DNA of 64,000 nucleotides from an uncultured Alphaproteobacteria bacterium (GTDB lineage Bacteria; Pseudomonadota; Alphaproteobacteria; RF32; CAG-239): NCBI GenBank assembly GCA_944390275.1, contig CALXPL010000006.1, positions 28,734 to 92,733 of the forward strand, read 5' to 3'. Shown piece by piece: positions 57,203 to 64,000 of this stretch (position 1 is its first letter; each line of letters starts with the position of its first letter). The notes under the pieces were generated by a model. It saw only the letters and a program-made list of their open reading frames with translations, ran no database searches and was not told where the DNA came from. The position numbers and the translations under genes were made by a program.

Positions 57203-57236
57203 CCGAATAGGATTTTTCTTATTCGGATTTTTTATA
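57203..57236 (+). terminator. rho-independent terminator after gapR
   Basis: CCGAATA-GGATTTTTC-TATTCGG followed by ATTTTTT. Confidence 0.55.
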
Positions 57237-57239
57237 TGC

Positions 57240-57731
57240 TTATATTCCCCAACGCGTGTATCTCGGAAACTTTATATAATTACAACCTTTTTCTCCGAAT
57301 CGCTCGCAAGTTGGCGAAACAAAGCTCATTTCCATATCTAACACATGATAAAAAAGATAATCTTGCCTCTTTATTTTTAAAAATAGCGGCATCATGGTTG
57401 TTTCTTTTTCAACCTCTTTATACGTTGTTTTCCTATTTATTGAAATATCCTGCCTTAAAATAGGAAGGCATAAAAGCAAATCATCATCTTTTTCATAGTT
57501 TGTACAGGAAAGCGCATGCTCCGTTTTATCGTAAATTAAAGTGAAAGAATCGTGTTGAGACTTTTCTTTATCGTTTTTTATATTCTTTATTTCTATATTT
57601 CCTTGAAAAATATTTCCGGCTTGCGGGTGGGGATTTACCCAGACTCCATATAAACCCGTGCATGAACTATATTGCCATAATCCTAACATAAAAATTATGC
57701 CTGCCAATCCCGTTCCTATTACCTTTTTCAT
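57240..57731 (-). CDS. secreted hypothetical protein (possible lipoprotein)
   Basis: 163 aa, MKKVIGTGLAGIIFMLGLWQYSSC. Confidence 0.45.
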   Translation of the reverse strand: MKKVIGTGLAGIIFMLGLWQYSSCTGLYGVWVNPHPQAGNIFQGNIEIKNIKNDKEKSQHDSFTLIYDKTEHALSCTNYEKDDDLLLCLPILRQDISINRKTTYKEVEKETTMMPLFLKIKRQDYLFYHVLDMEMSFVSPTCERFGEKGCNYIKFPRYTRWGI

Positions 57732-57740
57732 CTCTTCTCC

Positions 57741-58259
57741 TTACAACTTAAAAATAATTCCTACCACCGCTGCAATTACGATATAAAATATCGGACTTTT
57801 TTTGTAAAATCTTATACTTAATGCAAAAATCGCAAAAATCAGTAAACTCGTATAATCCACTAACGATATTTTGGCTATTTCCACTCCTGCCATAATTATT
57901 AACGCTATTACTGCCGGACGAATCCCTGATAAAATATTTTGCACATAGGGGTTATCGCTAAATTTTTTTAACAATTTAGATATCAGCATAATTATAATTA
58001 ATGACGGACAAACCAATCCAAAAGTTGCCGATATTGCCCCTAATATTCCTCCCGCTTTATATCCGGCGAAGGTCGCCATGTTTACGCCTAAAGGACCGGG
58101 GGTTGATTCCGATATGGCTATCATATCGGCTAACTCTGATGCCGTAAACCATGGATATTGCTCGGCCAAATCAAATAAAAACGGTATCGTTACCAAGCCT
58201 CCGCCTATGGCAAACAAACCGACTTTAAAAAATTCATAAAATAATAATAAATATATCAT
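57741..58259 (-). CDS. chrA: chromate transporter ChrA, half-size subunit (second gene of pair)
   Basis: 172 aa with the CHR-family motif FAIGGGLVTIPFL. It overlaps the upstream half by 4 nt, which is the standard two-gene short-ChrA arrangement. Confidence 0.7.
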   Translation of the reverse strand: MIYLLLFYEFFKVGLFAIGGGLVTIPFLFDLAEQYPWFTASELADMIAISESTPGPLGVNMATFAGYKAGGILGAISATFGLVCPSLIIIMLISKLLKKFSDNPYVQNILSGIRPAVIALIIMAGVEIAKISLVDYTSLLIFAIFALSIRFYKKSPIFYIVIAAVVGIIFKL

Positions 58260-58813
58260 TTTGCTCCCCTTTTAAGATTTAAGATTAACCCTAAAATTGA
58301 TGCTCCGATGACAATTAATATTGCTGATATATTTAAGAAAAATATTCCGCTTAGTGCTAATATAAAAATTATGTATCCTTGATACCCTTTTACCCCCTTT
58401 TTCCACATATCTATCAGCGTATTCAATATCAATGCTGCTACGACTATTCTTATACCCGAAAATCCCTGCTTCAAATATTCATTATGCATAAATTGTGAGA
58501 GAATCGCCGCTATCAAACTAATAATTATCATTGAAGGCATGATTATTGCCAATGTTGCTAAAAATCCTCCTATTTTTCCGTAGAGCTTGGTTCCTATAAA
58601 AGTTGCAACATTTACCGATATAATTCCCGGTGTGCATTGACCTATCGAATAATAATCCATTAACTCTTCATCCGTAGCCCATTTATGACGCCGTACTATC
58701 TCATCTTGAAGTAGCGGCAACATCGCATAGCCTCCGCCGAAGGTAAAGAGACCTATTTTGAAAAAAGTTACAAAAAGTTGTCCCATTTTTTCTTTTCCTC
58801 TGTTTATTTTCAA
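58256..58813 (-). CDS. chrA: chromate transporter ChrA, half-size subunit (first gene of pair)
   Basis: FTFGGGYAMLPLL CHR motif. The likely start is MGQLFVTFF (58786). Confidence 0.7.
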   Translation of the reverse strand: MKINRGKEKMGQLFVTFFKIGLFTFGGGYAMLPLLQDEIVRRHKWATDEELMDYYSIGQCTPGIISVNVATFIGTKLYGKIGGFLATLAIIMPSMIIISLIAAILSQFMHNEYLKQGFSGIRIVVAALILNTLIDMWKKGVKGYQGYIIFILALSGIFFLNISAILIVIGASILGLILNLKRGAK

Positions 58814-58870
58814 ATCTGCTGTTATATTATTATCATAATTATCAGAGTCAAAATGTTTTCAGAGGTTAGT

Positions 58871-59968
58871 ATGATTATTTCGGTTCCTAAAGAATTAAAA
58901 AACGGTGAAACCCGTGTTGCCCTCACCCCTGATACGGTTAAAAAATATAAAAATCTCGGTTTTTCCGTTTGCATCGAATCGGGCGCCGGAGATTTATCCG
59001 GATTTAATGATGAGGCTTATGCTAATGTCGGTGCGACCATTCTTCGTTCCCCTGAAGAAATTTATAATTCGGGTAATATTCTGCTTAAAATTTGGGCACC
59101 CTTGCCTCAGGAATTTTCTTTTCTTCATCCACAACAAACACTTCTTGCAAACTGTCAAAATTTAATGGAACTTAACGCTCTTGCCGAACGCAAAATTACG
59201 TGTTTTGCCTTAAATTTACTCCCACGGATATCCAGAGCGCAGAGTATGGATATTCTTTCCTCGCAAAGTAATCTTTCCGGCTATTATGCTGTTGTGCAAG
59301 CTATTAATCTTTTACCTCGTGCCGTTCCTTTAATGATGACTGCGGCCGGAACAGTTTCTCCGGCTCGTGTTTTGGTACTCGGTGTCGGAGTTGCCGGCTT
59401 ACAGGCAATTGCTACCGCCAAAAGACTAGGTGCCATTGTTTATGCTTCCGATGTTCGCTCTCAAGTGAAAGAACAAGTCGAATCCTTGGGAGCTAAATTT
59501 TTACAAATCGATTCTAATGATAACTTTGAGACTTCTTCCGGCTATGCGGCCGAAACATCAGAATCTTATCAAGAAAAACAAAATTTTGCCGTTATGGAAC
59601 AACTAAAAAAAACAGACATTCTTATTACGACAGCCCTTATTGCCGGAAAAAAAGCTCCCCTCTTGGTTACAAAAAAAATGCTTGATAATATGCCTTGCGG
59701 TAGCGTGGTTATTGACATGGCCTCGGAAAACGGCGGAAATGTGGAAGGCTCACAAGATAATCTCGTCATTGACTACAAGGGTATAAAAATTCTTGGCAAC
59801 AGCAATTTAGCGGCTAAAGTTCCTTATTCCTCAAGTACATTATTTGCAAATAATCTTTATAATTTTATTGCATCTCAATATTCAACCGAGAAACAAAATA
59901 TTATATTTAATTTTGAAGATGAGCTTATCAGAAAAACTTGTCTTATCAAAGAAGGAGAAATTTTATGA
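58871..59968 (+). CDS. pntAA: NAD(P) transhydrogenase alpha subunit, part 1 (dI, NAD-binding)
   Basis: [21 protein letters not shown], Rossmann motif [22 protein letters not shown]. Start at 58871 with AGAGG upstream. The TGA stop overlaps the ATG of pntAB. Confidence 0.85.
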   Translation: MIISVPKELKNGETRVALTPDTVKKYKNLGFSVCIESGAGDLSGFNDEAYANVGATILRSPEEIYNSGNILLKIWAPLPQEFSFLHPQQTLLANCQNLMELNALAERKITCFALNLLPRISRAQSMDILSSQSNLSGYYAVVQAINLLPRAVPLMMTAAGTVSPARVLVLGVGVAGLQAIATAKRLGAIVYASDVRSQVKEQVESLGAKFLQIDSNDNFETSSGYAAETSESYQEKQNFAVMEQLKKTDILITTALIAGKKAPLLVTKKMLDNMPCGSVVIDMASENGGNVEGSQDNLVIDYKGIKILGNSNLAAKVPYSSSTLFANNLYNFIASQYSTEKQNIIFNFEDELIRKTCLIKEGEIL

Positions 59969-60267
59969 TAGATATCTGGGCCTTATCAACTATTCTTTTA
60001 TTAGCCTGTTTTATTGGTTATTTTGTGGTTTGGGGTGTTTCTCCGGCTCTCCATTCCCCATTGATGAGCGTTTCCAATGCTATCTCCGGCATCGTCATTA
60101 TCGGTGCTTTAATCACCGCAGGTGTGCCCTATGACGGACTTTCAAAAAATTTAGGACTTTTTGCCGTGTTTTTGGCTTCAATTAATATTTTTGGCGGATT
60201 TGCCGTTTCTCAACGTATGTTGCTCATGTTTAAAAAGAAAAAGAAAACCAATGAGGAAAAGGAATAA
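59965..60267 (+). CDS. pntAB: NAD(P) transhydrogenase alpha subunit, part 2 (membrane segment)
   Basis: [50 protein letters not shown]. About 100 aa. AAGGAG upstream. Confidence 0.8.
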   Translation: MIDIWALSTILLLACFIGYFVVWGVSPALHSPLMSVSNAISGIVIIGALITAGVPYDGLSKNLGLFAVFLASINIFGGFAVSQRMLLMFKKKKKTNEEKE

Positions 60268-60269
60268 TC

Positions 60270-61634
60270 ATGACTAATAATATCTTAATGAGCGCTTATC
60301 TCATCTCTACCATTTTATTTATTCTCTCTATCCGAAGTCTAGCTCATCCCGAAACTGCTCGAAAAGGAAACGTTTTAGGTATTATCGGCATGCTTATCGC
60401 CGTCTTGGCAACGCTGTTTTCTCCTTATGTTTCCGACTACCTTTCCGTTCTCTTTGTTATTCTTCTCGGTGGCGCTATCGGTTCCTTTTTTGCTCTTCGT
60501 GTCAAAATGACGGCTTTGCCGCAAATGATTGCTGCTTTTAACGGCTTGGGTGGTCTTTCTTCCGTATGCATTTCTTTGGCTGAAATCGTTGCCGGTTCCG
60601 ATATGTTGCTCGAAAATGCTCTCGGCTTAATCATCGGAGCAATTGCTTTTTCGGGGTCTTTTGTCGCTTTTGCAAAACTGCAGGGTATTCTTCCTCCTAA
60701 ATCTATCGTTTTTCCACTACAAAACTTTTTTAATTTTATCTTGACTATTTTCGCTATCTGTTTATGTGCTTATTTCGTTATCGGGAAAGACATTAATATT
60801 TTCTATGCTTTGGCACTGCTTTCTTTAATACTCGGATTACTCCTTGTCCTTCCTATCGGAGGTGCTGATATGCCCGTTATTATTTCCGTGCTAAATGCTT
60901 ATTCCGGTTGGGCTGCCGTCGGAATCGGATTTTCCGTCAATAATATCCTGTTAATTATTGTTGGTTCGATTGTCGGTGCTAGCGGTGCTATCCTCTCTTA
61001 TATTATGACCAAAGCAATGAATCGTTCTCTTCTTAATGTTATGTTTGGCGGATTAGGTAAGAATAATCATGCCTCTAACGTTAACGACTCTTTGCAAAAA
61101 ACACCGAAATCAATAATGCCACAAGATGCCGCATACCTTATGGAAAATGCTCATAAAATTATTATTGTTCCCGGTTATGGCATGGCTGTTGCTCAAGCCC
61201 AACATATTTTAAAAACAATGGTTGATGATCTTCATAAAAAATTTGATGTCGAAGTTAAATTTGCAATCCACCCTGTGGCTGGAAGAATGCCCGGACATAT
61301 GAATGTTCTTTTAGCTGAAGCAAATGTTCCTTACGAAGATGTCTTTGAAATGAATGATATTAACCGTGAATTTTCAACGGCAGATGTTGCTTTTGTCATT
61401 GGAGCAAATGATGTTACAAACCCCATCGCTAAAACAGATGCCTCTTCTCCTATTTATGGAATGCCTATTCTTGAAGTTGAAAAAGCAAAAACGGTCTTTT
61501 TTGTAAAACGTTCTCTCGCCTCTGGGTATTCCGGCGTAGAAAATCCATTATTTTTTGCCGATAATACTTTTATGATTTACGGAGACGCTAAAAAAGTTAC
61601 TGAAGATATTGTCAGCGTTCTGGAAAGAGATTAA
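60270..61634 (+). CDS. pntB: NAD(P) transhydrogenase beta subunit
   Basis: 454 aa. N-terminal TM domain plus C-terminal dIII (IIVPGYGMAVAQAQH, GANDVTNP). Confidence 0.9.
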   Translation: MTNNILMSAYLISTILFILSIRSLAHPETARKGNVLGIIGMLIAVLATLFSPYVSDYLSVLFVILLGGAIGSFFALRVKMTALPQMIAAFNGLGGLSSVCISLAEIVAGSDMLLENALGLIIGAIAFSGSFVAFAKLQGILPPKSIVFPLQNFFNFILTIFAICLCAYFVIGKDINIFYALALLSLILGLLLVLPIGGADMPVIISVLNAYSGWAAVGIGFSVNNILLIIVGSIVGASGAILSYIMTKAMNRSLLNVMFGGLGKNNHASNVNDSLQKTPKSIMPQDAAYLMENAHKIIIVPGYGMAVAQAQHILKTMVDDLHKKFDVEVKFAIHPVAGRMPGHMNVLLAEANVPYEDVFEMNDINREFSTADVAFVIGANDVTNPIAKTDASSPIYGMPILEVEKAKTVFFVKRSLASGYSGVENPLFFADNTFMIYGDAKKVTEDIVSVLERD

Positions 61635-63298
61635 TCCTTTCTCTTTTCTAAAATATCAATATCTGATGGATAATTAACATCAAGAATCAGTTTTTCACTA
61701 CCAGCGTTGATTAGTGTCATGTAATCTTCATGTTCGGCAAAAACGGTTCTTATTCCTGAATTCTCAGGAACTAAGTCTGCTATTTCAAACAAACTTCTGC
61801 TCCACAGTATCGGATTTCGTTTTACGCCTTTGAAGTTGGTAACGACGACTCGTTTCTCTTCCTGTGCGTCAAAAGCTTCTATCATTTTATTTATATGCTT
61901 TGTTGTAACATTAGGCATATCTGCCGGAAGCAATATAGCACCTTGACATATGTTCGGCACTAAACTCAATCCTAAATTAATTGATGTCTTAATTCCTTGT
62001 CGGTAATTGGGATTATAAATAACGTTCACATCAATATTTTCTAAATATTCTTCAACTTCTTCATGTTGATGACCGGTTATTACAAAAACAGGAGCTGCTT
62101 TTGAAGCTATGGCCGCCTTAACACTATCCATAAAGAGAGGTTCGCCATTCTCTTTTGTTATTAGCAACTTATTCCTTTTGGTACGGCTTGATACTCCTGC
62201 GGCTAAAATTACAACGGCCACTTTGGCTTCCTCGCTATCGGTCTTTTCATCTCCATGATTTTGAAGCAGCAATCTTTCATTCTTATCTAATTCATAATTC
62301 TTAGATAAAATTATATTTTGCTTATTTATATAATCCGTCGGTATCAGCTTTTCATTAATAATACTTTTGATTATCATTTCATCAACCAAAGAACAATCTT
62401 CCCTATAATAATTGTATGGAAGATTAATCACGCGGCTTTTTCGTTTTTCTCCGACAAACATATCCGACATATTTATTTGTGCCGTTTGACAACAGATAAA
62501 TTCATCAACATAACTTTTCATCGCTTGGGGAATTACATCTGCTTCCCCTCCGGTTCTGATACTTGATATAATAAAAATAACTTCATTACCTTGATTTTCA
62601 GCTTGTTGAATTGCATCTCCGATGGCTTGAGAATTGTAGTCTGCTTCGTATTCTTCCGAAAACTCTAAATTTAAACGGCTTAAATGTTTTACTAGTTGTT
62701 TTACTTGTTTCGTAAAGTAAGAATTTTCTTCTTTGTTTGTATAAAATCTTGCATAAATCAATGCCGCCTTATATTGTTTTTCCGGCATTACCGTCATCAG
62801 GGCAAAATTTCCGGATAAATTTAATTTTATTTCATCTATTTTACTTTGAGACACAAATGGAGGAAGTATTTCTAATATTCCAATAATATCTCCGGCTTTT
62901 ACGTTGCTATAAGGCGAAATCGTATTTAAGACAAAAATATTCGACATCTTGTTAAATTTTGCTATTCTGTTTTCTTCTACTCGGAATATACCATCTTCCA
63001 AAGCTGCAAATTTTAATGTTCCCTCTTCATCTAAAATATATGAAACATTACTGCCCGATAATTTTGTTCCGATTATCTCTAATGCTAAATTGCTACTGAT
63101 ATCCCCTTCTTGCAGTGACATTCCCGATATTACATCAATGCCTAATTCTTTCCATTCCTTTATATCATTCGCATTTAATTTATACCCTTTAGGATAAATT
63201 TCTCCCTGTAGCTTTATTGTTTCAGACAGGACTATTCCATCTGCTTCCTCTATTTTAAATTCTTGAATCATAGCTTCTTCCTCTTTGATTTCTTTCAC
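61631..63298 (-). CDS. fusion protein: unknown N-terminal region + C-terminal MobA-like nucleotidyltransferase (molybdenum-cofactor NTP-transferase family)
   Basis: The C-terminal ~200 aa VAVVILAAGVSSRTKRNKLL...VFVITGHQ...NPNYRQGIKTSINLGL...AILLPADMPNV follow the MobA/MocA pattern. The N-terminal ~350 aa are unassigned. Confidence 0.5.
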   Translation of the reverse strand: MKEIKEEEAMIQEFKIEEADGIVLSETIKLQGEIYPKGYKLNANDIKEWKELGIDVISGMSLQEGDISSNLALEIIGTKLSGSNVSYILDEEGTLKFAALEDGIFRVEENRIAKFNKMSNIFVLNTISPYSNVKAGDIIGILEILPPFVSQSKIDEIKLNLSGNFALMTVMPEKQYKAALIYARFYTNKEENSYFTKQVKQLVKHLSRLNLEFSEEYEADYNSQAIGDAIQQAENQGNEVIFIISSIRTGGEADVIPQAMKSYVDEFICCQTAQINMSDMFVGEKRKSRVINLPYNYYREDCSLVDEMIIKSIINEKLIPTDYINKQNIILSKNYELDKNERLLLQNHGDEKTDSEEAKVAVVILAAGVSSRTKRNKLLITKENGEPLFMDSVKAAIASKAAPVFVITGHQHEEVEEYLENIDVNVIYNPNYRQGIKTSINLGLSLVPNICQGAILLPADMPNVTTKHINKMIEAFDAQEEKRVVVTNFKGVKRNPILWSRSLFEIADLVPENSGIRTVFAEHEDYMTLINAGSEKLILDVNYPSDIDILEKRKD

Positions 63299-63343
63299 TA
63301 TAACATAGAGTACTTAATGGAAAATAAATAAATATTTTTTCTA

Positions 63344-63375
63344 TAAAAAAAGGGAGATTTGCATCTCCCTTTTTG
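63344..63375 (-). terminator. rho-independent terminator after rpsI (bidirectional geometry)
   Basis: A-run, then GGGAGAT-TTGC-ATCTCCC, then T-run. Confidence 0.6.
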
Positions 63376-63389
63376 AATACCATAACGAA

Positions 63390-63863
63390 TTAACGTTTCG
63401 AGAATTGGTAAGAACGACGAGCTTTGGCTTTACCGTATTTTTTACGTTCAACAACACGGTCATCACGTGTTAAGAAGCCAGCTTTCTTCAATACTGATCT
63501 TAATTCTGGTTCGTATTCGTTCAAAGCAATAGAAATACCATGTTTAATTGCTCCTGCTTGACCGGATAAGCCACCGCCTTTTACGGTACAAACAACGTCA
63601 AACTCATTTACACGATTGGTAATTTCGAATGGTTGATTGATAACCATCTTTAATACCGGACGGGCAAAATATTGATCAATAGATTTATCATTGATGGTGA
63701 TATTGCCTTTTCCCGGTTTAATCCATACGCGTGCAACGGCGTCTTTTCTTTTTCCGGTTGCATAGGAACGACCCAATTTGTCTTTGTTTGCTTTGCGTAC
63801 TTTTACTTCAGTTGTACTTGTTGCCGCTTTGATATCTTGTAATGATTCGATTTTTTCAGCCAT
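63390..63863 (-). CDS. rpsI: 30S ribosomal protein S9 (with alphaproteobacterial-type N-terminal extension)
   Basis: The C-terminus ...[22 protein letters not shown]...[17 protein letters not shown] is S9. 157 aa. The ATG overlaps the rplM stop (TAATG). Confidence 0.9.
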   Translation of the reverse strand: MAEKIESLQDIKAATSTTEVKVRKANKDKLGRSYATGKRKDAVARVWIKPGKGNITINDKSIDQYFARPVLKMVINQPFEITNRVNEFDVVCTVKGGGLSGQAGAIKHGISIALNEYEPELRSVLKKAGFLTRDDRVVERKKYGKAKARRSYQFSKR

Positions 63864-64000
63864 TATAATGCGCTCCTTTTATTCTTTTCGTTCATAGACG
63901 CAATATCCAATACTTCCGGATTTTGTGCTGCATGCGGATTTTCAGAGCCAGCATAAACTCTCAATTTGCTCATCTGTTTGCGACCCAACGGATTACGAGA
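63863..64000 (-). CDS. rplM: 50S ribosomal protein L13, 3' end only (gene continues beyond window)
   Basis: Minus-strand translation of the window end gives ...[45 protein letters not shown], matching the L13 C-terminus. Confidence 0.8.
   Translation of the reverse strand, partial: SRNPLGRKQMSKLRVYAGSENPHAAQNPEVLDIASMNEKNKRSAL

Noticed and set aside
57741-58813. chrA appearing as two half-length ORFs: possible frameshifted pseudogene
   Set aside because: Each half has its own start and the conserved CHR motif. The halves overlap by 4 nt (ATGA-type coupling). Two-gene short-chain ChrA pairs are a known normal arrangement.
58871-60267. pntA split into two ORFs: possible pseudogene
   Set aside because: The split pntAA/pntAB arrangement with TGA/ATG overlap and a good RBS is the standard alphaproteobacterial organisation.
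63390-63863. Anomalously long S9 (157 aa) as a possible fusion or mis-start
   Set aside because: An N-terminal extension of this size is typical of alphaproteobacterial S9. The ATG overlaps the rplM stop in the usual way.

Overview
This is a visibly AT-rich bacterial chromosomal window that reads cleanly with the standard genetic code. Four features together suggest an alphaproteobacterium, probably host-associated: an S9 protein with an N-terminal extension, a split pntAA/pntAB transhydrogenase, a zinc-free 41-aa L36, and a GapR/DUF2312 homologue. This is an inference from the sequence, not a database result. Most of the window is housekeeping genes: dtd, tgt, sdaA, serS, trpS, murA, sufE, sucCD, the suf operon sufB-(mazG-like)-sufC-sufD-sufS, nlpD-like, yajC-secD-secF, ettA, rpmJ, pyk, gapR, a two-gene chrA, pntAA-pntAB-pntB, rpsI and rplM. 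Three parts are non-core and make up the hunt. (1) About 24.9-34.05 kb is an accessory region ending at a minus-strand tRNA-Thr(GGU). A large serine recombinase reading frame runs into the tRNA 3' end. Two 52-bp imperfect palindromes with identical outer arms lie at 29142-29193 and 33843-33894. The 8-mer ATCGGACT, which is also the tRNA T-arm sequence, recurs through the region. The region carries two large paralogous Q/N-rich effector-like proteins, a DMT-type transporter, a repeated intergenic element and small-gene cassettes. (2) A family of secreted cysteine-rich modular proteins at 10.9-12.2 kb and 50.6-52.4 kb shares a near-identical promoter, 5' leader and signal-peptide cassette. One member ends in a DUF1566-like domain. 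(3) A membrane-anchored MEMO1-like/AMMECR1-like fusion protein in which the signature residues of both domains are replaced. It sits in a tight operon with a HAD phosphatase, an M49-type (HExxH...EExxAD) metallopeptidase and L-serine dehydratase. A structured, GC-enriched 440-nt intergenic region between serS and an XRE regulator may hold a small RNA or operator palindromes. No CRISPR array, rRNA or obvious prophage structural genes were seen.
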